46,034 nucleotides of DNA from a virus (taxonomy: Duplodnaviria; Caudoviricetes). The position numbers were made by a program, and so were the translations under genes. The stretch is from the IMG/VR virus record IMGVR_UViG_3300017909_002418, positions 1 through 46,034 of that record, one strand, 5' to 3'. Each line of letters begins with the position of its first letter. The stretch's first letter is position 1. Positions 18,965 to 27,997 of the stretch are shown here, in pieces. The notes below the pieces were generated by a model. The model was not told where the DNA came from. It searched no databases and saw nothing but the letters and a program-made list of their open reading frames with translations.

Positions 18965-21001
18965 ATGAACGATTTTGATAAAAACTTTCACATAAATTTC
19001 AGTCCATTATATTTTGCATTTGTTTTCATGTTGTTTATGTTATGGGCAAGTGAAGCCAATGCAGATGAGATTGAAGAGATTGTTGTAACTGCTCAACAAG
19101 AAAAAACAGTGAAGGCAGACCCTGTAGAAAATAGCAGTTTAATGGGCGCCATTATGCCTATGTTTACTTGGAATGCAGGTGGATATGGTGGCTTTGTTGG
19201 ATTTAATGAACGTGGTGCTCAAACATCACACACATCAGTTTATGTAAATGGTATTCCAGCAAACGACCCAGGTGCAAGTTGGTATGACTTTGGACATGAT
19301 TTTGCAAGTGGGCAAACAGTAAAAGTTATATCAGGTGCTAACGGTGTAATATATGGTTCAGGCAGTATGGCAGGAACAGTATTAATACAGGATACCATTG
19401 AGAAAGGTATCACATTTAGATTAGAAGATGGCATAAACTATGCTAGAGTGGCCCCTATTGATCAATTAGAATTCAGTATGGTCAAAGACAGTATGGGAAG
19501 TGTTCGCAATGACAATGACGAAAAAGATTACTACAACAATAAAACTGCAAGGTTTAACGTTGATGTAGGAGACTTTAGTATTGTAGGAAAGTTTACAGAA
19601 TACGAATACGATTACGATAATTGTTTTAATTACGATTTGGAGCAAAGCAATGATTGTATTCAAAAAGGTGAGAAATATAATATTGCTGTTAGAAATGATT
19701 ATATTACTATAGGTAGAAACTATAATAATTCAGATTATTTTACAAATGATATTTCAAATGAAGGAACATTCTCACATCAAGATCAAACTTATGCAAATGA
19801 AGGTTATAGAGATTATATTAGAATTGGAAATCAAGTCGATCTTAGTGCGAAGTTAAATGTTGCATTTGGTGTAGACTTAGAAAAGCAATATTATAATACT
19901 GTTAGTTGGCAAAACGTAGAAGGCACTACTGTAATAGAAACAGAAATTTTAGAACCTGGCATATGGTATGCTGAAGACGATACTAATAAATCTAGACCTA
20001 TGTGGACTGGAGATTTTATAGGCACAGGTGAGTTTACATCAACTACTGTTGGAGATGGTGTATTTACACTTACAGAATTAGAAGAAAAATATAGTGACGA
20101 AAATGGTGGCATATATTTTCAGGCCAATGCTAACTTTATTTTAGATTATAACTTTGGTATAAGAATTGGTAATGACGATCAAAATGCTCTTAGACTAGGA
20201 ATATCAAAAGGAGACTGGTTCTTTAATATGGGAAACAGTTTTAGAAAAGCAAACTTATATGAAAAGTTTGGTGATGGTTATGTTCAAGGAAATGAGGAAC
20301 TAGAACCGGAACAAGGTGTAGGAGTTGAATTTGGATATGGTGTGTTAAGTGTATTCATGTATGACTTCAAAGAAGCAATTGATTACATTCCAGGTTATTA
20401 CACAGAAGTTACTGCGAGAGAAACAGTATTAGATATAGACAGAATACTAAATGAAAATTGGGCAATATCTGTAGATGAAGAAAACACTTACATACAATGT
20501 GTAATGGACCCAAACTGGACCGAGAATGATGCGGCAACTTTTGAATTACCAGGGTGTTATTATGAGATTCAAGAAACAATAAGTCAAGTATGGACAGCAC
20601 CTACTTATGCTAATACAGGAGAATACACTACACAAGGTATTAGATATGCAAACAACTTTGGCCCTGTATTTGTTATGTTGAATTACACAGACACAGATCA
20701 ACCTAGAGTTCCAAAATTTGCTGGTGTGCTACAATACAGCGAAGAGTTTTTCGATGTTAAATTTAGATTAAAGTATGCATTTAATTTAGATAGAGCACCT
20801 GGGCCTTATGATATTTTATCAGAAGGTGAGAAATATTTAGACGATCTAAATAAACTAAATTTATATGTAACTAAAGAATGGGACAACGGAGTTATATTAT
20901 CATTTAAGGGTGAAAACTTAACAAACGAAAATCCTGAAGTAGTTCCTGGCTTTGGAGTTGAAGGAAGAGAATTTTACTTGACATTAAACTATAAATGGTA
21001 G
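18965..21001 (+). CDS. TonB-dependent outer membrane receptor
   Basis: Signal peptide ending ANA, TonB box EEIVVTA, plug motifs RG...HT.VYVNGIP.ND and G..GVIYGSGSMAGTV, barrel motifs L.PE and ENLTNE, C-terminal LTLNYKW; start reset to 18965 by SD and promoter. Confidence 0.9.
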   Translation: MNDFDKNFHINFSPLYFAFVFMLFMLWASEANADEIEEIVVTAQQEKTVKADPVENSSLMGAIMPMFTWNAGGYGGFVGFNERGAQTSHTSVYVNGIPANDPGASWYDFGHDFASGQTVKVISGANGVIYGSGSMAGTVLIQDTIEKGITFRLEDGINYARVAPIDQLEFSMVKDSMGSVRNDNDEKDYYNNKTARFNVDVGDFSIVGKFTEYEYDYDNCFNYDLEQSNDCIQKGEKYNIAVRNDYITIGRNYNNSDYFTNDISNEGTFSHQDQTYANEGYRDYIRIGNQVDLSAKLNVAFGVDLEKQYYNTVSWQNVEGTTVIETEILEPGIWYAEDDTNKSRPMWTGDFIGTGEFTSTTVGDGVFTLTELEEKYSDENGGIYFQANANFILDYNFGIRIGNDDQNALRLGISKGDWFFNMGNSFRKANLYEKFGDGYVQGNEELEPEQGVGVEFGYGVLSVFMYDFKEAIDYIPGYYTEVTARETVLDIDRILNENWAISVDEENTYIQCVMDPNWTENDAATFELPGCYYEIQETISQVWTAPTYANTGEYTTQGIRYANNFGPVFVMLNYTDTDQPRVPKFAGVLQYSEEFFDVKFRLKYAFNLDRAPGPYDILSEGEKYLDDLNKLNLYVTKEWDNGVILSFKGENLTNENPEVVPGFGVEGREFYLTLNYKW

Positions 21002-21007
21002 TATAAT
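20978..21007 (+). promoter_or_regulatory. Sigma70-like promoter TTGACA-N18-TATAAT, 5 nt before uvsW ATG
   Basis: Both boxes match consensus; no SD; probably leaderless. Confidence 0.7.
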
Positions 21008-21012
21008 AAACT

Positions 21013-22470
21013 ATGGCAAAGTGTGTTTTAGAAATCAGAGATGAAGTGAACGTAAGGTTTCAAGGTCTTGACGTAAAGACAAGGCGTAAGATATCTGATG
21101 AAGTAAAGTATTTTTTGCCATATGCATATCATATGCCAGCATACAAACTAGGTCGCTGGGATGGTTGTGTAAGATTTTGTGACATTGGTGGCAGAACATA
21201 TTTCCATTTACTAGAGCGATTACTTCCTATAGTTGCAGATGACGGTTACGAAATAGAAGTTAAAGATTTTAGAAAACCATGGGACTTTGCATTTGACAAA
21301 GTTACCCAAACAGATTATGATCATATTGCATGGCCTCCAAGGCACCCTGTTGCAGGGACCCCAATAATATTAAGAGATTATCAAGTTGAAGTAATTAATA
21401 AGTTTTTAGAAAATCCACAATGCTTACAGGAAGTAGCCACAGGAGCAGGTAAAACATTAGTTACAGCAGTTTTAAGTCATAAGTGTGAACAGTATGGTAG
21501 GACTATTGTAATTGTTCCTAACAAAGATCTTGTTGTTCAAACAGAAAAAGACTATAAAAATCTAGGACTTGATGTAGGTGTTTTCTTTGGAGACAGAAAA
21601 GAATACAACAAAACGCACACTATTTGCACATGGCAAAGTTTAAGTATTTTAGAAAAGAAAAGTAAAAATTATGAAGCAGACTTTCCCATCGATGAATTCT
21701 TAGATGGTGTTGTATGTGTAATGGTTGATGAAGTGCATAAAGCAAAAGCAGATGTTCTAAGAAATTTACTAGGAGGTGCCTTTGCTAATGTTCCTATAAG
21801 ATGGGGACTAACAGGAACTATACCTAAAGAAGATCACGAAGCAGTAGGAGTTTTTTGCAGTTTAGGTCCTGTAGTAGGAAATTTAAGTAGTAAAGAATTG
21901 CAAGACATGGGTGTATTAGCAGATTTAGATGTTAATATATTTCAACTGCAAGACGGTGTGTTAGGATTCAATAGTTATGCACAAGAGTTAAAATGGTTAC
22001 TAACTGATGATAAACGCATAGATCATATAAGCGAAATAATTAAAGGATTAGCAACAAGTGGCAACACATTAGTTTTAATTGACAGAATTAAAACAGGAGA
22101 AATGCTTTTAGAAAGAAATCCAGATTGGGTATTTATAAGTGGCTCTATGAAAACAAAAGATAGGCAAGATGAATACGCAGAAGTCAGTGAATTAAACAAT
22201 AAAGTCATTGTAGCAACATATGGTGTTGCGGCAGTAGGAATTAACATACCAAGAATTTTTAACTTAGTTATGTTAGAGCCAGGAAAAAGTTTTGTTCGTG
22301 TAATACAAAGTATCGGAAGAGGTATTCGTAAAGCAGAGGACAAAGATTATGTGCAAGTGGTTGACATCACAAGCAATTTAAAGTATAGTAAAAGACACCT
22401 TACGAAAAGAAAACAGTTTTACAAAGAACAAAATTTTAGACATAAGGTTACAAAGGTTGAGTATAAATGA
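21013..22470 (+). CDS. uvsW: SF2 DNA helicase UvsW
   Basis: WDG N-terminal motif, LRDYQ, ATGAGKT, DEVH, GLTGT, GINIP, QSIGRGIR. Confidence 0.95.
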   Translation: MAKCVLEIRDEVNVRFQGLDVKTRRKISDEVKYFLPYAYHMPAYKLGRWDGCVRFCDIGGRTYFHLLERLLPIVADDGYEIEVKDFRKPWDFAFDKVTQTDYDHIAWPPRHPVAGTPIILRDYQVEVINKFLENPQCLQEVATGAGKTLVTAVLSHKCEQYGRTIVIVPNKDLVVQTEKDYKNLGLDVGVFFGDRKEYNKTHTICTWQSLSILEKKSKNYEADFPIDEFLDGVVCVMVDEVHKAKADVLRNLLGGAFANVPIRWGLTGTIPKEDHEAVGVFCSLGPVVGNLSSKELQDMGVLADLDVNIFQLQDGVLGFNSYAQELKWLLTDDKRIDHISEIIKGLATSGNTLVLIDRIKTGEMLLERNPDWVFISGSMKTKDRQDEYAEVSELNNKVIVATYGVAAVGINIPRIFNLVMLEPGKSFVRVIQSIGRGIRKAEDKDYVQVVDITSNLKYSKRHLTKRKQFYKEQNFRHKVTKVEYK

Positions 22471-22964
22471 AAATATTAACATTAGAAAATAATAGTTATG
22501 ACATTGATAGTGTCCCAGATGAGATTGATGATATAAGGTATTGTGTTTTTGACGCAGGTGATCCTGAGTTTATGGACTACTACTTTTTACCATTGATCTT
22601 TTTAGAAAGTTTTTATGCACCTGCAATATGCTTAGACATAGGAGGATATAAAATTCAAATGCCTATGGATTGGAGCATACTTACAAGTGACGAAGATTTT
22701 GATGGTATAGAAGTAATGCCATTATCAAGTTTAAATAATAGAGGCTTTGTTGCACCTATTTTAAATCCAATGAAAACTTGGTTACCAAGAGCAGAGGAAA
22801 TACAGATTACAAATGTTTATCAAGATGTAAAATGGTATTTTCCTAAATTAAAAAATGGTCACTTACTGGTTGTTCCGTTGGAAGACAAGCCAGAACCTAA
22901 GTGTGCAATGTTTGTAAAAGAAGCAAACAAAATTAAAGATATAGATTTTTCCGACATGTTATAG
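22467..22964 (+). CDS. Hypothetical beta-rich protein (possible degenerate Hint fold)
   Basis: 165 aa coupled to uvsW; see findings. Confidence 0.6.
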   Translation: MKILTLENNSYDIDSVPDEIDDIRYCVFDAGDPEFMDYYFLPLIFLESFYAPAICLDIGGYKIQMPMDWSILTSDEDFDGIEVMPLSSLNNRGFVAPILNPMKTWLPRAEEIQITNVYQDVKWYFPKLKNGHLLVVPLEDKPEPKCAMFVKEANKIKDIDFSDML

Positions 22965-22972
22965 GAGACGAA

Positions 22973-23728
22973 ATGGCAAAATATAGATATAGAATAGAAG
23001 GAAGTAGATACGGTGGAGAACTAGTAGTCGGAGAAGTAAATCCAGACTGGGTAAAATACCACGAAAAAACAGATGGGTATGAACTTGTTGACGTAGTGTT
23101 AGAAGCAGATGATTGGCACAATTCAAATGACGATGAACCAGAAGATGCATTACTTGATCCTGATACACCGCCTAGTCCTGGCTTAGATGAAGATGGTTCT
23201 TTTAATATGTGGGAAAATGATGACTTAGAGCATCTCAATGGACCGTATGCAGATGGTGGCTTTACAGTATATGAAGTTCCAACAGATGGTTCCGATGATT
23301 GGGATTACGACAAAGAAGTATATGATGGTGAGGCTATCCATGTATATGGTAGAGAAGGAGCATACTTTGGTAGAGAAGAACCAGAAGAAAATGCTGAAGA
23401 GTATATTTCAGTATTAGCATTTCATAGCAGTGAAAAAGGAACATTTGGAGTTTGGTTTGTAGACACAGATCAACCATTCGATGAGTTTAAATTAGGCTTT
23501 GGTGTAGTAGAAACAAACCTATGCGAAATAGTAGATAGAGTGTATTATAACAAGGTTGAATTAGATGCTGATTATGATTATAATGATACTACCGGTAAAA
23601 GTTATGACGCAGATATTGGTTGGTTAAATAAGAAGTGGAGAGACTCATTTGAAAATTATGATGAACTCGACAAAGAGTATTGGGACGACTTCGACGATAA
23701 TGCGGAGTATGAAAGAGAAAATAGATGA
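22973..23728 (+). CDS. Highly acidic hypothetical protein
   Basis: SD AGGAGA; about 70 of 251 residues are D/E by hand count. Confidence 0.7.
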   Translation: MAKYRYRIEGSRYGGELVVGEVNPDWVKYHEKTDGYELVDVVLEADDWHNSNDDEPEDALLDPDTPPSPGLDEDGSFNMWENDDLEHLNGPYADGGFTVYEVPTDGSDDWDYDKEVYDGEAIHVYGREGAYFGREEPEENAEEYISVLAFHSSEKGTFGVWFVDTDQPFDEFKLGFGVVETNLCEIVDRVYYNKVELDADYDYNDTTGKSYDADIGWLNKKWRDSFENYDELDKEYWDDFDDNAEYERENR

Positions 23729-24525
23729 AAAGAATTTTAATTTTTGGATTACCAGGATCAGGTAAATCTACACTTGCAGAAAAGTTAGTTGAAGTTTTAG
23801 GAAACGCAGACTGGCATAACGCAGATAAAATACGTGAAACATTTAATGATTGGGACTTCTCACCTGAGGGTAGAGAACGCCAGTCATTGCGAATGAGAGA
23901 TTATGTTCGCAAAAGTGTTGCAAAAGGAAACTATGGTGTAGCAGACTTTGTTTGCCCTACAAATGAACTTAGAGAAAAGAATGTTCCTGAATATGTTATT
24001 TGGATGAACACTATAGAAGAAGGCAGATTTGAAGACACTAATAAAATGTTTGAGCAACCAGATGGTAGCACATACATAAATGCAGTAATAAATGCAGACG
24101 AGTGGTGGACAGAAGAAAAGTGCGAAGAATGGGCAAGGTTACTTGCAGTTGATATTAAAGATCATGAGTTTCAACCAAAGCAACCAACCACACAAATGTT
24201 AGGAAGGTTTCAACCTTGGCATGGAGGACATCAAAAACTATTTGAAAGAGCATTAGCAAAACATGGCCAAGTAGCAATACTTGTTAGAGATATGCCATTA
24301 ACAGATGATAATCCTTGGCAAGTGGATAAAATATGTGAGAATATAGAAATTGCATTGGCCGAACATGCAGGAAAATTTAGATGTTATCCTGTGCCAAATA
24401 TCTTAAACATAACATATGGTAGAGGAGTAGGATACAAGATTGAAGAAGAAGTTCTTGATGAAGAAACACAAAAAATTAGTGCTACAAAAATCAGAGAACA
24501 AATGAGAAAGGACGGTGAGTTATAA
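23725..24525 (+). CDS. Adenylylsulfate-kinase-like P-loop kinase fused to HxGH nucleotidyltransferase
   Basis: GLPGSGKST, NAD.IR, DFS.EGR, FVCP, FEQP; then GRFQPWHGGH, NP, YGRGVGY, ISATKIR. Confidence 0.8.
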   Translation: MKRILIFGLPGSGKSTLAEKLVEVLGNADWHNADKIRETFNDWDFSPEGRERQSLRMRDYVRKSVAKGNYGVADFVCPTNELREKNVPEYVIWMNTIEEGRFEDTNKMFEQPDGSTYINAVINADEWWTEEKCEEWARLLAVDIKDHEFQPKQPTTQMLGRFQPWHGGHQKLFERALAKHGQVAILVRDMPLTDDNPWQVDKICENIEIALAEHAGKFRCYPVPNILNITYGRGVGYKIEEEVLDEETQKISATKIREQMRKDGEL

Positions 24526-24766
24526 CCATCCTGCATATACAAGATACCCTGGTTTGAAGGATAAAACCAAACCAAAAAAATCTAGTTGGAGTAGAGTATT
24601 TGCTTGGACTCCTAAAAAGACAATTACTAAAAAAACAGTTTGGTTAAGATTTGTATATTGTAGGCATATTAGTATAGAATGGACGCCTCCCACCTTTCCA
24701 GCAGGTCCATATAGCAAAATGCAATATGCTACATGGGAAGAAATTTTAGAATTAACAATGAGGTAA
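24515..24766 (+). CDS. Small hypothetical protein
   Basis: GTG start overlapping the upstream gene; W...FAW.P....VWL pattern; fills the gap to metK. Confidence 0.6.
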   Translation: MSYNHPAYTRYPGLKDKTKPKKSSWSRVFAWTPKKTITKKTVWLRFVYCRHISIEWTPPTFPAGPYSKMQYATWEEILELTMR

Positions 24767-24768
24767 AA

Positions 24769-25866
24769 ATGTATCAATTTACAAGTGAAAGTGTTTCTCA
24801 AGGACACCCAGACAAGGTTGCAGACTTAATTTCAGATACAGTAGCAACGTATTTAATTAACGGCAATATAAATCATAGAGCGGCTGTGGAAACTATAGTC
24901 ACAACCAATAAAGTCGTGTTAGCCGGCGAATATAAAAGCGACAGAGGTGCTAATAAAGACAGAATAGCAAACTTAGTAAGAGACGTAATAGAAGAAATAG
25001 GCTACGAACAAGAAGGCTTTGATTTCAAAACTGTAGAAATACAAAATCTTTTACATGGTCAATCACCAGATATAGCATTAGGCACAGATGATTTTGGTGC
25101 TGGTGATCAAGGTATTATGTTCGGTTATGCTTGTGAAGAGGCTGGTAATAAATTACCTTATCCACTTTATTACAGTCATGAAATTTTAAAAACATTACAG
25201 TCATTAAGAAAAAATGATTCCGACTATACATGGCTAGAGCCAGACAGCAAGGCCCAAGTTACATTTAATTATGGTAGTGATGGAAAGCCAATTGATATCG
25301 CAAAAATTGTATGTAGCACTCAGCATAAACAAGAAGTTGATATAGAATTTGTAAGAGGTCAAGTAAGTGATATTATTACAGATGTTGCAGGAGATTATAT
25401 TACAAACAAAACAGAATTTTTAATAAATCCAACTGGAAGATTTGTTATTGGTGGTCCAGACGGCGACACAGGACTTACTGGTAGAAAAATAATTGTTGAT
25501 ACTTATGGCGGAGCATCTCCTCATGGAGGAGGAGCATTTAGTGGTAAAGATTGCACAAAAGTGGATCGAAGTGCCGCCTACATGGCTAGAGCAATAGCAA
25601 AACAAATTTTACAAGAAAATGATTTTCAAGAAGTATTAGTTCAGTTAAGTTATGCAATAGGTATAAAGGAACCAACATCAGTTACAGTATGGACAGATAA
25701 GAAGATCAATTACGTTATTGCAGAACAAGTAAAAGCAAATGTAGATTTAACACCGTTAGGTATTATAAACAAATTTAAATTATTTGATTTTGATTTAACA
25801 AAAACAACAAATTACGGACACTTTGGTAGAGGAGATCTACCATGGGAAAAAGAAGCATGGACTTAA
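24769..25866 (+). CDS. metK: S-adenosylmethionine synthetase
   Basis: FTSESV..GHPDK, GAGDQG, NPTGRFVIGGP.GD.GLTGRK, GGGAFSGKD..KVDRS, YGHFGR; start ATG 24769 after GAGG. Confidence 0.97.
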   Translation: MYQFTSESVSQGHPDKVADLISDTVATYLINGNINHRAAVETIVTTNKVVLAGEYKSDRGANKDRIANLVRDVIEEIGYEQEGFDFKTVEIQNLLHGQSPDIALGTDDFGAGDQGIMFGYACEEAGNKLPYPLYYSHEILKTLQSLRKNDSDYTWLEPDSKAQVTFNYGSDGKPIDIAKIVCSTQHKQEVDIEFVRGQVSDIITDVAGDYITNKTEFLINPTGRFVIGGPDGDTGLTGRKIIVDTYGGASPHGGGAFSGKDCTKVDRSAAYMARAIAKQILQENDFQEVLVQLSYAIGIKEPTSVTVWTDKKINYVIAEQVKANVDLTPLGIINKFKLFDFDLTKTTNYGHFGRGDLPWEKEAWT

Positions 25867-26390
25867 AAGATCACATTAGAACAGTATTAGATCACCCTAT
25901 TCCTGGAATAGAATTTAGAGATATTACATCATTGGTTGAAGAACCAATGGCATTCAATCAGACTCTTATACAACTTACAGCAAACTGCATGGACTTTAAA
26001 GTAGATACAATTATAGGTGTAGAAAGCAGAGGATTTGTATTTGGTTCTCCTATAGCAAGAGATTTAGAAGTTCCTTTTGTAATGGCAAGAAAACCAGGCA
26101 AATTACCTAACGAAACATTCAGTAAAGAATTTAAATTAGAATACGGAGAAACAGAATTACACATACAAAAGATATCACCTATTAAAGGCAAAGTAGTAGT
26201 CATAGATGATTTAATTGCAACAGGTGGAACAGCACTTGCCTGTGCAGATTTAATACATGAAAACTTTGATATACCTAAAGAAGATATATTAATTCTGGCA
26301 GTAATAGACTTGCCCGATTTAGGAGGAAGTGCTATAATAAACGAACAAGGTTATAATGTTCAAACTCTTGTAGAATTTGAGGGTAAGTAA
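25857..26390 (+). CDS. apt: Adenine phosphoribosyltransferase
   Basis: PGIEFRDIT, ESRGF, RKPGKLP, LEYG, VIDDLIATGGT; alternative start 25842. Confidence 0.95.
   Translation: MDLKDHIRTVLDHPIPGIEFRDITSLVEEPMAFNQTLIQLTANCMDFKVDTIIGVESRGFVFGSPIARDLEVPFVMARKPGKLPNETFSKEFKLEYGETELHIQKISPIKGKVVVIDDLIATGGTALACADLIHENFDIPKEDILILAVIDLPDLGGSAIINEQGYNVQTLVEFEGK
26310..26338 (+). promoter_or_regulatory. Extended -10 sigma70-like promoter inside the 3' end of apt
   Basis: TTGCCC-N17-TATAAT with TGn immediately upstream (TGCTATAAT). Confidence 0.5.
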
Positions 26391-26509
26391 TGACACAAAA
26401 ACAACAACAACAACAAAAATGGATAGACCAAACATCTTATAAAGGTTTGACATACAAAGAATATTTAAAAAAATTAAAAGAACAAGCACAAGATAAAAGA
26501 AATGGCTAA
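26390..26509 (+). CDS. 39-aa microprotein MTQKQQQQQKWIDQTSYKGLTYKEYLKKLKEQAQDKRNG
   Basis: TAATG-coupled to apt, fills the gap and overlaps the next start; below the ORF-track cutoff. Confidence 0.55.
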   Translation: MTQKQQQQQKWIDQTSYKGLTYKEYLKKLKEQAQDKRNG

Positions 26510-26969
26510 GAAACCGCAGATACCATTAAAAGATGTCATGGCGGCTATTGACAAAAAGGATAGAAACTTTTATAATAGACTAAATGACGATCAGAGAAAG
26601 GCTTTTAGTGCCTGGATGATGATGAGATATTGCAGTAGTGTGCAAGGCAGAGATGCCGCAAACTACATTTACTTAACAAACGAATTAGTAAACTTTCAAT
26701 TTATGGAAGTAAGCAAACATCCAGAATTGCAATGGCTTTTACTTAGTGCATGTGGAACGGGTAAAATACAATTTCACCCATATTTAAAACCGCCCAATGC
26801 TAAGAAAAAGAAAAATAAAGTTTCTGAATTTTTATATGGATTGTATCCACATAGCAAACCAGAAGATATAGAACTAATGATAAAATTAAATACAAATGAG
26901 GAATTAAAAGCATTGGCTTATGACTACGGCTACGATGACAAAACAATCAAAGACATCTTTGGAAAATAA
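26502..26969 (+). CDS. Putative clamp loader small subunit (gp62-like)
   Basis: F..WM..R..S, ..NE.VN, LQW.LL and basic patch resemble the gp62 family pattern; similar size. Confidence 0.45.
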   Translation: MAKKPQIPLKDVMAAIDKKDRNFYNRLNDDQRKAFSAWMMMRYCSSVQGRDAANYIYLTNELVNFQFMEVSKHPELQWLLLSACGTGKIQFHPYLKPPNAKKKKNKVSEFLYGLYPHSKPEDIELMIKLNTNEELKALAYDYGYDDKTIKDIFGK

Positions 26970-27633
26970 GTGTAAATGGTGCGATAAAACATTCATGAGT
27001 GAAAGAACTCTGGCCGCTCATATGTGTGTAAGAAAGAGACGTTGGGCAGATAAAGACTTAACGCACACAAGGTTAGGTTACAGAGTATTTCAAATGTTCT
27101 ATGAATTAAACACAGTTGCAAGTAAACCTAAGTCACAGGAAGATTTTGTAAGAAGTCAATACTATGAAGGCTTTGTAAAATTTGGAAGAAGTTGCATTAG
27201 GAATGAATATTTAGAGCCAGAAAAGTTTGCAGAATGGCTTATAAAGAATGGAAAAAAATTAGCAGACTGGCACAAAGATAAAATGTATAATGAATTTTTA
27301 CTTATGTATGTAAAAAAAGAACCAGGTCTCAAAGCATTAGAAAGAACAATAATTTATCTTTCAGATTGGGCAAAAGACAATAGCAAAGAATACAATGAAT
27401 ACTTTAGAGAAGTGTCTACTCCCAGAGCAGTTCATGATATAAGGAGTGCTAAAGTAAGTCCATGGGTAATGTATTTGAGTGATTCTGGAAATGATTTACT
27501 AAGAAGATTTACTTCAGAACAAGTTGAAATGATTAAAGATATTATAGATTCAAAATTTTGGATGAAAGTATTTTTAGCAAACAAAGAAGAGGTTTCGGAG
27601 ATAAAACAAACATGCCAAATAGCAGGATTATGA
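26959..27633 (+). CDS. Zinc-finger (CxxC-x12-H-x-C) hypothetical protein
   Basis: CKWCDKTFMSERTLAAHMC; likely TTG start at 26959 (track start 26920). Confidence 0.6.
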   Translation: MENKCKWCDKTFMSERTLAAHMCVRKRRWADKDLTHTRLGYRVFQMFYELNTVASKPKSQEDFVRSQYYEGFVKFGRSCIRNEYLEPEKFAEWLIKNGKKLADWHKDKMYNEFLLMYVKKEPGLKALERTIIYLSDWAKDNSKEYNEYFREVSTPRAVHDIRSAKVSPWVMYLSDSGNDLLRRFTSEQVEMIKDIIDSKFWMKVFLANKEEVSEIKQTCQIAGL

Positions 27634-27995
27634 GAACATTTAATAATAAAACATACAGGCCTTTACCACAAAAACTCACAATAAAAGAAAGTAAGATTGA
27701 CGGATTAGGATTGCATGTTAAACAAGGAGTAGGCGGACTTAACGCAGGAACAGTGATAGGAGAAACACATGTATTAGTTCATAATAGAGATAGACTCGAA
27801 TGGGTAAGAACACCTTTAGGAGGATTTATAAATCACAGTGAAGAACCAAATTGTTATATCGCTACAGACAAAGGTGATAGAACATTACACACAATAAAGC
27901 CTATTAAAGCCGGCGAAGAATTAACTGTATATTACAGATTTAAAGGCTATGATGGCATTATTGGATCAGATACAGACGTTGAAATTGAGGAATAA
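27630..27995 (+). CDS. SET domain protein (lysine methyltransferase-like)
   Basis: S.IDGLGL, FINHS..PNC, I.AGEELTV.Y; ATGA-coupled start 27630. Confidence 0.9.
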   Translation: MRTFNNKTYRPLPQKLTIKESKIDGLGLHVKQGVGGLNAGTVIGETHVLVHNRDRLEWVRTPLGGFINHSEEPNCYIATDKGDRTLHTIKPIKAGEELTVYYRFKGYDGIIGSDTDVEIEE

Positions 27996-27997
27996 TA

